Sequence record: OQ689735.1
DNA: 64,000 nucleotides
Strand: one strand, 5' to 3'
Source of the DNA: Escherichia phage 4E10
Each line of letters begins with the position of its first letter. The stretch's first letter is position 1. Of this stretch, positions 26,931-35,776 are shown piece after piece. A program made the position numbers and the translations under genes. The notes under the pieces were generated by a model, which was not told the origin of the DNA, searched no databases, and saw only the letters and a program-made list of their open reading frames with translations.

Positions 26931-27392
26931 TCATTGAGTTTTAATTACTGCTTTAGAAGCCTTTCCTGGTAAACGACGACTGTTGATAATTGCCATTCTA
27001 CATTGAAGTGACGGGTCTTTGAACTTCGCATTAGGTTTACAAACTGTAAATCCAAGCCAAAGATTTCCATCTGTGATTTCTAAACGTCCAGGACGATATT
27101 CAACCCCATCAATAAAATTCTCGTCAATGTCAGGACGCGGAGGCATACTCAGGAATTCATTAACTTCTAAAACATGGTCTTTTATTTTGTGGAATAATTC
27201 AAAAACATATGTCTCATCAATCTCCCGTTGAATTGCACGATCAAGAAGATGCTGAGAATATTTTAGATGAAACGATGAGACCCCTGCTGCTTTTGATGCC
27301 TCACGAATCTCATTGTTAATTTGACGAAACTCCGACTCAAAGTGACGACGAAGCTTATTTCGACGGATAAAAACTTCTGTATTGATAGTCAT
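26931..27392 (-). CDS. regB: Endoribonuclease RegB
   Basis: 153 aa, MTINTEVFIRRNKLRRHFESEFRQINNEIREA...; matches recalled T4 RegB; early promoter directly upstream. Confidence 0.93.
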   Translation of the reverse strand: MTINTEVFIRRNKLRRHFESEFRQINNEIREASKAAGVSSFHLKYSQHLLDRAIQREIDETYVFELFHKIKDHVLEVNEFLSMPPRPDIDENFIDGVEYRPGRLEITDGNLWLGFTVCKPNAKFKDPSLQCRMAIINSRRLPGKASKAVIKTQ

Positions 27393-27419
27393 GTTATTCT
27401 CCTCTTAACTGATAGAAAA

Positions 27420-27449
27420 ATTATACCACAGTCAAGAGGAAAAGTAAAC
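27420..27449 (-). promoter_or_regulatory. T4-type early promoter upstream of regB
   Basis: Minus strand GTTTAC, 18 nt, TGG-TATAAT. Confidence 0.6.
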
Positions 27450-27451
27450 AG

Positions 27452-27730
27452 TTATTCTTTAAATCTAATCAATTTATTCATAGACTTTGAAACTTCTGCA
27501 CGGACCTCATGTAAGTTTTTAAGCTGTTCAAGACGCTGCTCATAATAAGCAATTTCATCTTCTTCGAGACAGTCCTGTGAATCTTCTTTAAGATAGCGTG
27601 CATAGTCCTGGAAAGCGTTACGGATTACTTCCTGGAAATCATCAAGACTTTGAATTTTCTTAGGAGCAGCAGATACACGACGAGGGGCAGTATAATACTC
27701 ATAACCAAACCCTGCGCTTAATTGAGCCAT
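27452..27730 (-). CDS. Hypothetical small protein
   Basis: ORF track 27452..27772; ATG at 27730 ([13 protein letters not shown]...); TAATG overlap with upstream gene. Confidence 0.5.
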   Translation of the reverse strand: MAQLSAGFGYEYYTAPRRVSAAPKKIQSLDDFQEVIRNAFQDYARYLKEDSQDCLEEDEIAYYEQRLEQLKNLHEVRAEVSKSMNKLIRFKE

Positions 27731-27996
27731 TAGTATTTTTCCTCTGGTTGGAACACTGCACGACAAGCCCACATACTGGCTTCTTTGAGTTTCGTTTTAG
27801 CAATAGTTAACTGATCGAGGCTTTCAGCATAATTCTTTGCGAATTCATAGTCTTCACAATTATCTAGTGCTTCCCAGAATTCGTCATATAAAGCGTCAAA
27901 GATAAGTCCTAAACGAACTTCAGCATCTTTGATAGCATTCACTTTACCGATTTTCTCTTCAGTATGTGGCTTATAACCCTTAATGTCTTCAATCAT
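27730..27996 (-). CDS. Hypothetical small protein; candidate Acb2-like nucleotide sponge by position only
   Basis: ORF track 27730..28032; ATG at 27996 with GAGGAAG site ([17 protein letters not shown]...). The Acb2 call is inferred from position relative to regB, not from sequence I can recall. Confidence 0.5.
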   Translation of the reverse strand: MIEDIKGYKPHTEEKIGKVNAIKDAEVRLGLIFDALYDEFWEALDNCEDYEFAKNYAESLDQLTIAKTKLKEASMWACRAVFQPEEKY

Positions 27997-28210
27997 ATTT
28001 GACTTCCTCACCAGTACATAAATCGTATTCAACTAAACGAATAGGTTCATGAATGCCATATCCCTGAACAGAAATTTCTGTCGTAGGATAAATTCCACTA
28101 ATATCACCCATATTCCACGCTTCATTAAATTGCTGTTCGCCTGAATTACTAAACCATTCTGCGAAAGCATTTAGCACATCTTTAGAACCTTCAATAATTA
28201 TCTTTGCCAT
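27989..28210 (-). CDS. Hypothetical protein
   Basis: ORF track 73 aa. Confidence 0.5.
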   Translation of the reverse strand: MAKIIIEGSKDVLNAFAEWFSNSGEQQFNEAWNMGDISGIYPTTEISVQGYGIHEPIRLVEYDLCTGEEVKYD

Positions 28211-28572
28211 TACAGACTCTCAGTAAAGGTACGAGCAATAACGTCGCGCTGCTGTTCCGGAGTCAGAGAGTTAAAGCGAACTGCATAACCGGATACACGG
28301 ATGGTCAGCTGCGGATATTTTTCCGGATGCTTAACTGCATCTTCCAGAGTTTCACGACGCAGAACGTTAACGTTCAGGTGTTGACCACCTTCAATTTTAA
28401 CTGTAGGTTGTGGCTCAATTTCAATTTCACGGGCATGCAAACCATAGAAAATTTCTGGGTCTACAAAAGAGTCCTCTTTAAAGGTTTTAGAGACAATAAT
28501 TCGTGCTTGAATACCATCTTCAAAATAAATAGTACCTTTATGTGTGCCTTCAAGAATTTGATATGCTTTCAT
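28210..28572 (-). CDS. Autonomous glycyl-radical cofactor (GrcA/YfiD-like; T4 Y06I homolog)
   Basis: C-terminal [59 protein letters not shown] is essentially the E. coli GrcA glycyl-radical domain. Confidence 0.85.
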   Translation of the reverse strand: MKAYQILEGTHKGTIYFEDGIQARIIVSKTFKEDSFVDPEIFYGLHAREIEIEPQPTVKIEGGQHLNVNVLRRETLEDAVKHPEKYPQLTIRVSGYAVRFNSLTPEQQRDVIARTFTESL

Positions 28573-28579
28573 ATAAACC

Positions 28580-28906
28580 TCAATTAGAAAATAAATTTAT
28601 CCAAGATTGTTCTTTAATTAAAAATGGCTCAGAATCATATGCCATTAAACTTTGCGTAATTAATCCTTTAAAAGGTCCATCAATAAATTCCATGGTAAAA
28701 TATGGAATTTTATTCATTAGCCGTGCATTAGGAGCAGTGCACAAAACTCTGCATCCTTTGAATACGCCTTTTTGTAATTTGTATTGCTTGGGATAAAATT
28801 CGCTCAAAATGTTATTATTTGCCAAAATTTCAAAATGATTTACCAATTTATTTTTAATAGTTTTTGGCGAAAAATAAAGATATTCGAAAAGCTGTGTATC
28901 TGTCAT
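28580..28906 (-). CDS. Hypothetical protein
   Basis: ORF track 28580..28960; start trimmed to [12 protein letters not shown]. Confidence 0.45.
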   Translation of the reverse strand: MTDTQLFEYLYFSPKTIKNKLVNHFEILANNNILSEFYPKQYKLQKGVFKGCRVLCTAPNARLMNKIPYFTMEFIDGPFKGLITQSLMAYDSEPFLIKEQSWINLFSN

Positions 28907-29493
28907 CATTGCATTCCGATTACGAAAAACTGCGGACGAGTAATACCACCAATGCAACATTTACTATTACAGCAGTAGTGTACAGTGTCAATATGGACAC
29001 TATAAATCTTATCCATATCAGGAGATTTGACAGGCTCATCAATTATATACAAAATTCGCGAAAGCGATAAACCTCTGAACTTGCTTCCTTTATTACCAAT
29101 AAAACTGCGCACAGAATCAGTAAATAAACGAAAACGTATATCATCATTAGAATAACGCGAAAATTCCTTTTTGATGTTATTTGCAGAAATTTTAGCGTAA
29201 GCTGAAGTATTAGAAAGAACAATAACTGTTCCGCCATCATACAGCCAATTAGCAGCAAAGTTAGTCACAGCAATTGATTTGCCGGATTGACGTCCACCAT
29301 CTATGCGAAGTGTGCAGTACTGTTTGAGTAAGTCTTCAAATGGCGGGGTATATTCGTTTTTACAAATTTCTTCTACTCTAGCATCAGAATGGTGTGTAAA
29401 AGCATTCATCAGGGATAGATAAGGACCAGTTAAAAATGTTCTCATTTTATTCTCTCTAAATTTGGGCCATTCCGTGGCGCATGAATTGTCCAT
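28906..29493 (-). CDS. Small P-loop NTPase
   Basis: Walker A GGRQSGKS and Walker B-like ILYIIDEP; start (29493 or 29445) uncertain. Confidence 0.5.
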   Translation of the reverse strand: MDNSCATEWPKFRENKMRTFLTGPYLSLMNAFTHHSDARVEEICKNEYTPPFEDLLKQYCTLRIDGGRQSGKSIAVTNFAANWLYDGGTVIVLSNTSAYAKISANNIKKEFSRYSNDDIRFRLFTDSVRSFIGNKGSKFRGLSLSRILYIIDEPVKSPDMDKIYSVHIDTVHYCCNSKCCIGGITRPQFFVIGMQ

Positions 29494-29586
29494 TTCTGTA
29501 TTTACCCATTACCGCACTCAGGCTCGACCTTATTACAGGTTGGCGGGAATCCCTCACAAAATCATGAGGTCCAGGTTGTTCCCATA

Positions 29587-30060
29587 TTATTTGAATGATT
29601 TGACGTACTGAATAGAACCTTTACTATTCACAAAGGCAATTTTACCATTTTTGTTATACATGGTAGCAGTACGCTGATAGCCATAAGTTTGTTTACCAGA
29701 TTGATAACCAACTAATGCAAAATTATCTTCGCCCATTTTATTCTGCTTAGCGCGGATACGTTCATGACCGTGCGCCATAAGAACCTTAGCGTCGCCAGTT
29801 GCAATGGATCTACGAGTTTTTTCATCTTCAACTGTATTAACAAAGTCGTCAAATGAATCAAATTTAGCATGAGATTTATTATACAGTTTTCCATCTACTG
29901 CATAATTATATCCCTGTACATCCATCTCAACTTCTGTACCATCATCCAATACAGCAGTGATTTTTTGACCTTTTTTAAATTTCAAAAGATCAGTAAAAGA
30001 TTCAGCAATAATTTGAGAATTAATAGCTGCTTCAGTAATAAATTCTTGATATGTTTTCAT
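29587..30060 (-). CDS. Internal (head-packaged) protein with capsid targeting sequence
   Basis: N-terminus MKTYQEFITEA is the T4 internal-protein capsid targeting sequence; 157 aa. Confidence 0.7.
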   Translation of the reverse strand: MKTYQEFITEAAINSQIIAESFTDLLKFKKGQKITAVLDDGTEVEMDVQGYNYAVDGKLYNKSHAKFDSFDDFVNTVEDEKTRRSIATGDAKVLMAHGHERIRAKQNKMGEDNFALVGYQSGKQTYGYQRTATMYNKNGKIAFVNSKGSIQYVKSFK

Positions 30061-30069
30061 ATGTTTCCT

Positions 30070-30486
30070 TTAAATGTAAATATTTTTACCGTAATACTTG
30101 TACCAATGTGGTTTCATTAAAATTTTTTCATCAAGTCGTTGTTGACTCAATTTAATAGCTGATTTGCATGGATTATAATCATTTTTCCATTCTGCTGGAA
30201 TATCGCTGATGTCAGGAACTTCAGTATCTTTTATACTAAACCCGCGTTTTAAGCATTCCGTTATAATGTCTGATTGACGCTTTCGCAAAAATTCTAACTT
30301 ATCGTAAAAGAAAGTAACATGACCAGAACCTAAAATAAACTCGGAAGATATTTTAAAATCTTTAACCCGCTTACCATTTGCCACATGTTTACGAACTATA
30401 CCAAAAACACGCGGCAATTCACGGTATTCTGCGATTAAATGTTGATCAGCAAGTTCAGATACTAAAGTCAAATTAATACGAGTCAT
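30070..30486 (-). CDS. denV: Endonuclease V (pyrimidine-dimer DNA glycosylase)
   Basis: 138 aa, [29 protein letters not shown]...WYKYYGK; matches recalled T4 DenV. Confidence 0.93.
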   Translation of the reverse strand: MTRINLTLVSELADQHLIAEYRELPRVFGIVRKHVANGKRVKDFKISSEFILGSGHVTFFYDKLEFLRKRQSDIITECLKRGFSIKDTEVPDISDIPAEWKNDYNPCKSAIKLSQQRLDEKILMKPHWYKYYGKNIYI

Positions 30487-30510
30487 TTTATCCCTCCAAG
30501 TAACTGTGAA

Positions 30511-30541
30511 TATACTATCACAATTCTAGGAGAAAGTAAAC
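30511..30541 (-). promoter_or_regulatory. T4-type early promoter upstream of denV
   Basis: Minus strand GTTTAC with TAGTAT -10 candidate. Confidence 0.45.
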
Positions 30542-30545
30542 AACT

Positions 30546-31076
<531 letters not shown>

Positions 31077-31532
31077 TTAAAAGAGGTTGTTCATTATTCG
31101 GTAAAGTGAAGGACCCATCACATATTGCCACTGAGTACGAGGAATAAGAGCAAAAGCGTCCATCTCTGGAATCATAACGCCATCTTTATTTTCAAAATAA
31201 GACTCGCAGCGGCAATTTCTAAACATCTCATGCTCTACTGGAATCGTATAGTAAAATAGCTGTAAGTCTTTATTACTAGAATATTTAAATACACCTAGAT
31301 CTTCTAGAAGGTCTGGATTATAATTGCTAAAACCGGTCTCTTCTAAACATTCTCTTCGTGCTGCATCTAATGCGCTTAAATCAGAATTTTCTACACGGCC
31401 CTTTGGAATATCCCAGCGATGTGCCATCATTCCAGGCTTACGAGAACCAGTAACTCGTCCCATAAATAGGTCTTTATCTTCTGTCATAAAGATAATACCA
31501 GCTGATAATGTTTTCATTTTAATTTCCTGCAT
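31077..31532 (-). CDS. nudE: Nudix hydrolase
   Basis: Nudix box GRVENSDLSALDAARRECLEETGF; 151 aa. Confidence 0.85.
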   Translation of the reverse strand: MQEIKMKTLSAGIIFMTEDKDLFMGRVTGSRKPGMMAHRWDIPKGRVENSDLSALDAARRECLEETGFSNYNPDLLEDLGVFKYSSNKDLQLFYYTIPVEHEMFRNCRCESYFENKDGVMIPEMDAFALIPRTQWQYVMGPSLYRIMNNLF

Positions 31533-32002
31533 TCAGTGATAAAGTTATTTAAATTTTGAGTATATTTCTTTTCATCAAAAATCTTTTGCTGCCTACGTAA
31601 CCGCCATGGCATTTCAATGAACATGTACCATATTCCTGATAGTATTGCTGCTGTAAAAATATTAACAAGTATGGTTAAAAGAGCCCAATCTCCTATTCTA
31701 TCCATTGGATTTTTTATAAAAAAGTAAAACACAAACGATGATATAGGAAGACTAATGATATACCACAGAATCATAATCTTATTTGTAAACCAATCAGCAT
31801 TTGTTAACTTAGCGCGACCGTTTTGAATACATACGAACTTATCATCTGTTATAGTAGATGGCTTAGCTGCTTGATATCCCATTCTAAACTCCCTAATCAA
31901 CAAATTTTTCATATCTTCTGAACAACCATTCCAGTCAACTCTATCAACTGAAATGCCATCATCCCCATCATCTAAATCATACCAGCGAGTTTTTAAAATC
32001 AT
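31514..32002 (-). CDS. Membrane protein (e.2 position)
   Basis: 162 aa with two hydrophobic helices. Confidence 0.5.
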   Translation of the reverse strand: MILKTRWYDLDDGDDGISVDRVDWNGCSEDMKNLLIREFRMGYQAAKPSTITDDKFVCIQNGRAKLTNADWFTNKIMILWYIISLPISSFVFYFFIKNPMDRIGDWALLTILVNIFTAAILSGIWYMFIEMPWRLRRQQKIFDEKKYTQNLNNFITECRKLK

Positions 32003-32361
32003 TTAATTTTCCTACAATCACTCACAAACTCTTTCATTGATTCGTTTTCAATATAAGACATATAGCTATTATATTCCTTTAATTGTATTTTGTAATCCTT
32101 TTTTCTTTGCCAATTTATTTTAAAATTATCATAATGAAAATATAGTATGGTGCCAAAGAATGAAAATAATGAAATCGCTATAGTATAATGAAGTTCACTC
32201 CAAACCTCTGTTATAATTGCTGAACCATCGACGTTTAAAATAAAACAGTCAATCATTAATCCAATAAGACTACCCGCAAGAGCTGCAAATACTGACACGG
32301 CAAGAATTAACAGTGCCTCAAGAAACGAATATTTGACTTTATTTAGTTTTGGCTTTTGCAT
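31999..32361 (-). CDS. Membrane protein (e.3 position)
   Basis: 120 aa with two hydrophobic helices. Confidence 0.5.
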   Translation of the reverse strand: MQKPKLNKVKYSFLEALLILAVSVFAALAGSLIGLMIDCFILNVDGSAIITEVWSELHYTIAISLFSFFGTILYFHYDNFKINWQRKKDYKIQLKEYNSYMSYIENESMKEFVSDCRKIK

Positions 32362-32756
32362 CGTGATTCCTTAACAAATTTCATAATTTCATTAAATTCA
32401 TACATATCTAGCTTAAGCTGGTGTTCCTTTTTAATCTTTTTACACCGGGCTTTCCAATCACGTACACGTTTACGATAGTGTCTTCCTTGATACCAGTATC
32501 CTATCCAATTTACAGGTATTAATAAAAGCGGAACTACCAATGGAAGAATTAGTGTTGCTCCAAATATTACACCAGATTCAATATCAGTCATAACGTCTAT
32601 AATCATTCCAGCAATCAGCAGAATCACAAATGATACAGCTACCACAGGACCTATTAACACATCAGTAGAAATTATCTGACGCTTTAATTCATACTTCAAC
32701 GGTTTACTTGGAAGGTATAGTGATGGCTTTGACATATTCTCTACATTCCTTAACAA
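32343..32756 (-). CDS. Membrane protein (e.4 position)
   Basis: 137 aa with two hydrophobic helices and basic C-terminus. Confidence 0.5.
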   Translation of the reverse strand: MLRNVENMSKPSLYLPSKPLKYELKRQIISTDVLIGPVVAVSFVILLIAGMIIDVMTDIESGVIFGATLILPLVVPLLLIPVNWIGYWYQGRHYRKRVRDWKARCKKIKKEHQLKLDMYEFNEIMKFVKESRCKSQN

Positions 32757-33312
32757 ATTTTTCTAATAATAAATCGCTTTCAAAATTGGGATTTTCTACG
32801 AATTTATCAAAAAGATCATCAACAATAGTTAAGATATTCTTTTTACTAAGAATACGTTTATTTTCATGCTTCGTTTCAGAATCAACTATAAGAGTAAAGA
32901 AATATTTCTTGCCCTGAAATTTTACAGTAGTATCAATATAGAATAAATTTGACTTTTGTAAATTACGTTTAAACCATTCATCACTTAAACTATAAACGCC
33001 AAGATAATCATAATTGTCGTTTAAATAACAGACCGTCCATTCAGGAGAAACAAAATCAGTAAATTCAACATCAAAATCGCATGTTAATAAATGAATTGAT
33101 TCAATACTGTTAATAAGTATTCCAGGACGTATTAAAGACTTTTTACCTCTAGAAAATCTTCCAGAAAGACTTTCATCAGTTTCATATGAAGAACCCCAAT
33201 AATAATTACGTCCTTCTGCCATACGTTTAAGAGCATTTAATAATTGGTCTGGAACATCAACCTGTCTTTGAAACTCTTCAAACATTGAATTGAAATCACT
33301 TTGCATTTTCAT
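32704..33312 (-). CDS. Hypothetical protein
   Basis: ORF track 202 aa. Confidence 0.5.
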   Translation of the reverse strand: MKMQSDFNSMFEEFQRQVDVPDQLLNALKRMAEGRNYYWGSSYETDESLSGRFSRGKKSLIRPGILINSIESIHLLTCDFDVEFTDFVSPEWTVCYLNDNYDYLGVYSLSDEWFKRNLQKSNLFYIDTTVKFQGKKYFFTLIVDSETKHENKRILSKKNILTIVDDLFDKFVENPNFESDLLLEKFVKECREYVKAITIPSK

Positions 33313-33332
33313 TCCTATTTACTCCAAGTAAT

Positions 33333-33348
33333 AGGGGCCGAAGCCCCT
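33333..33348 (-). terminator. UUCG-tetraloop hairpin (weak terminator)
   Basis: Minus strand AGGGGC-TTCG-GCCCCT; U-tract weak. Confidence 0.4.
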
Positions 33349-33353
33349 TATCA

Positions 33354-33947
33354 TTATTTCAGAGAATTAATGTATTCCTGAACATCGGCAGAGGTAGTTT
33401 CAACCCCAGAAATATTACCGTTAAAGGTTTCAACTCGAGCAAGAGTATCTTCAATATCAACCTTAGTCAGTGCTGCAATTTCAACTACATCATCAGCAGT
33501 ACTAATTCCAAGGGCATTCGCGGCGCGAGTTTCACGGATATATTCCAATTTAACTGCAAGTTCTTGGCGAGCATCATCCAATTCAACTACTTTCTTAGCG
33601 ATTTCAATTCGCATTTCAGCATAACCATCAGCTTTAGTAGTCAACTGCTCAGCTGTTCGACGATATAGTAAACCGAGTTTAGCATGCATTGTTACATCTT
33701 GACCTTCGGAAAGAAGCTTGCGAATTTCACGCTCTTTTGATTCGGCCTGCTTATTCTTTTCGACAATAAGTTCACGAATACGCTTTTCTTCATTAATAGA
33801 TTTAACGGAAGCAGTTTTTAGATCTTTAATCTTATCAAGTAGTTTTGCTGCCGCAGCAGTATACTGTTCTTCGACAGATAGATTTTTAGCCATAGCAGAA
33901 CCAAGTTTAGTGCGAATAAACTCAACAATTTTCTTCAGTGTGTTCAT
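33354..33947 (-). CDS. Coiled-coil protein
   Basis: 197 aa, Ala/Glu/Lys-rich helical; early promoter upstream, hairpin downstream. Confidence 0.55.
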
Positions 33948-33989
33948 AGTATTTCCTTAGGTTGATTAAGATTTAAAATCCGTGAGAGT

Positions 33990-34019
33990 ATTATACCCTG
34001 TTATTTGAGAGATGTAAAC
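33990..34019 (-). promoter_or_regulatory. T4-type early promoter
   Basis: Minus strand GTTTAC, 18 nt, TATAAT. Confidence 0.55.
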
Positions 34020-34355
34020 TTATTCTTCGTCTATTTCATCGATAAAGACATCAATGGCCTCGATAACGGCATCATTGATAACCAATAAAGTAAAATCATC
34101 GTCAGTGCCTTTAGAATATTCTAAAGCATTGATATATGCTTGGTTGGCAAGTTCCCAAGCCTTTTTAAAATAAGGAGCTTCATCATCAGGGCCAACGAAA
34201 CGTACACCTTCAAAGATACGGTTAGCATAATCTAATACCCATTGTACAGGCATGTTTTGAGAACGTTCGTTAAACTCTTCAAAGTCCTTAGATTCAAAAA
34301 GTTCTTCAGGGTAATTATTTCTATTACAAAAAGCTTTACTAAAGTTACGTTTCAT
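34020..34355 (-). CDS. Hypothetical acidic protein
   Basis: ORF track 111 aa; early promoter at 34381-34410. Confidence 0.5.
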   Translation of the reverse strand: MKRNFSKAFCNRNNYPEELFESKDFEEFNERSQNMPVQWVLDYANRIFEGVRFVGPDDEAPYFKKAWELANQAYINALEYSKGTDDDFTLLVINDAVIEAIDVFIDEIDEE

Positions 34356-34380
34356 AATGTTCTCCTCAAATTATGGGCTC

Positions 34381-34410
34381 ATAATATCTCAATCATGAGC
34401 CCGTGTAAAC
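34381..34410 (-). promoter_or_regulatory. T4-type early promoter with embedded 8-bp inverted repeat
   Basis: Minus strand GTTTAC, 18 nt, TATTAT; the spacer contains GGGCTCAT...ATGAGCCC. Confidence 0.5.
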
Positions 34411-34686
34411 TTATTTCATATTATTGAAATATTCTTCTGCGATTTCGTCGTTATCATGGTAAACTTTAGAAGACAATTTAACATAACCTTCAGCAGTGAA
34501 CATGTTAATCACAACCTTTACAGTATACCACTGACCGTCTTCATTGCCCATTACCGCATAAGTTTCAAACATCGGATGATCAGGACCGATAACTTTAATA
34601 TCATTCACTGTACGACCGAAATCTTCTGAAACACATTTCATAAAGAAGTTGAACAGTTCGCCGTAATTATCCATTTCGTTCTCCAA
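34411..34686 (-). CDS. Hypothetical protein
   Basis: ORF track 91 aa; early promoter at 34718-34747. Confidence 0.5.
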   Translation of the reverse strand: MENEMDNYGELFNFFMKCVSEDFGRTVNDIKVIGPDHPMFETYAVMGNEDGQWYTVKVVINMFTAEGYVKLSSKVYHDNDEIAEEYFNNMK

Positions 34687-34717
34687 GTTGTTTTCTGTAT
34701 CAGTAGTTGATAGTTGT

Positions 34718-34747
34718 ATAGTACCATGGAAGAACGGGGATGTAAAC
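34718..34747 (-). promoter_or_regulatory. T4-type early promoter (conserved module)
   Basis: Minus strand GTTTAC, 18 nt, TGG-TACTAT, conserved leader. Confidence 0.55.
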
Positions 34748-34875
34748 AGTTTTGTGAAAATTTTTTTAAAAAATTTTAGGGAATTCTAGGGTCAGGAGGG
34801 GCAATTAAAAGGTAGGATAATATATTATAAAGGGTATAAACTAAATGATGCCTAGAGAGGCCCGGAAAGGCCTAG

Positions 34876-34911
34876 ATACCAAAAAGCCCCAACCTTTCGG
34901 TCGGGGCTAAG
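34876..34911. repeat. 36-bp perfect direct repeat, copy 1
   Basis: ATACCAAAAAGCCCCAACCTTTCGGTCGGGGCTAAG, identical to 35435-35470. Confidence 0.85.
34880..34908 (-). terminator. Rho-independent terminator (repeat copy 1), with a second hairpin at 34858-34873
   Basis: Minus strand AGCCCCGACC-GAAAGG-TTGGGGCT followed by TTTTTGG. Confidence 0.65.
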
Positions 34912-34915
34912 AATG

Positions 34916-35389
34916 TTATTTGATTTGTTTAGCAGACCAAATGCGGTCTTTAATAATTTTTTGGATGTCTTCAACATACTCAAGAGAGTGAGCATGTGGG
35001 TTATCTTTGAAACTATAAGCACGAGCTAGCTTTTGGCCTTCAGTTTTGATTACTAAAAGCTCTTTAAGGATAGCTTCATATTTGGAGATAATTCCTTTAA
35101 CAATATTTTTTTCTTGTGCAGCTTTAGGATCTGCTTTAGGAGCAGGTTTACCCGAAGCCTTTGCAAAAGCAGCGCCAGTAGCAACTAGACTTTTCCAGGC
35201 CATACTAACCGCATTTCCTGTAAATCCTTCTGCTTTCATGTCGCGAGCAAATTGGAATCGCGATTCGTCAGAAGCATCTTTATAAGAATATTTACCCGCT
35301 GCAATGGCTGCTTTTGCAACAGCTTGAATTTCGGTGCTAGATGCTTCATTTAACACCGCTTCATTTAAAAATTGAGTATATGATTTCAT
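34916..35389 (-). CDS. Internal-protein-like protein with capsid-targeting-sequence-like N-terminus
   Basis: N-terminus MKSYTQFLNEAVLNEA resembles the capsid targeting sequence of ipI (MKTFKEFTS) and of 29587-30060; Ala/Lys-rich; late promoter upstream and terminator downstream. Confidence 0.6.
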   Translation of the reverse strand: MKSYTQFLNEAVLNEASSTEIQAVAKAAIAAGKYSYKDASDESRFQFARDMKAEGFTGNAVSMAWKSLVATGAAFAKASGKPAPKADPKAAQEKNIVKGIISKYEAILKELLVIKTEGQKLARAYSFKDNPHAHSLEYVEDIQKIIKDRIWSAKQIK

Positions 35390-35429
35390 CTTATTTCCTG
35401 TTTTAATTCGTGGATTTAATATACTACTA

Positions 35430-35437
35430 TATTTATA
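35430..35437 (-). promoter_or_regulatory. Late promoter for the gene at 34916-35389
   Basis: Minus-strand TATAAATA about 40 nt upstream of the ATG, immediately after a terminator. Confidence 0.55.
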
Positions 35438-35470
35438 CCAAAAAGCCCCAACCTTTCGGTCGGGGCTAAG
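35435..35470. repeat. 36-bp perfect direct repeat, copy 2
   Basis: Identical to 34876-34911; the pair flanks the gene at 34916-35389. Confidence 0.85.
35439..35466 (-). terminator. Rho-independent terminator (repeat copy 2) closing the candidate ncRNA locus
   Basis: Identical hairpin and U-tract to copy 1. Confidence 0.65.
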
Positions 35471-35776
35471 CCTTGCGGCAACCTTGTCGGGGTTCCACCT
35501 GCTAAGGCAAGTGTTTGTACGAAACGCCGGGATTCGAACCCGGTTATTAAGCAGTTGACGCTACTCAATATTTTTAAAAGGCCATATCTCGACCATATCC
35601 GAACGTTCCGTCAAAAACGCTACTCGACTTACGGCAAAGATATTTCCTCGAATCGATAATTCGGTGCGCCGTTTCTGCTGTGATGTAAGAGGGCATCAAT
35701 AAACGCAAAGATTATTAACGCAATTCCTTACTCAGGGAACATCAGTCCGACGACTTACCGGTAGCGACCCGGTTTC
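35471..35776 (-). ncRNA. Candidate stable structured RNA locus (tRNA-like T-arm and acceptor elements); possibly analogous to T4 small stable RNAs
   Basis: 306 bp with no ORF of 60 aa or more on either strand, between a CDS stop and a terminator; minus strand contains CCGGG-TTCGAAT-CCCGG followed by CGTTTCG, which can pair with CGGAACG about 60 nt upstream. Confidence 0.35.

Noticed and set aside
35514-35610. The tRNA-like element in the ORF-free locus, considered as a 12th tRNA gene (possibly intron-containing)
   Set aside because: Only the T-arm and acceptor stem fold convincingly; no anticodon or D-arm and no CCA; kept as a candidate structured RNA but not annotated as a tRNA.
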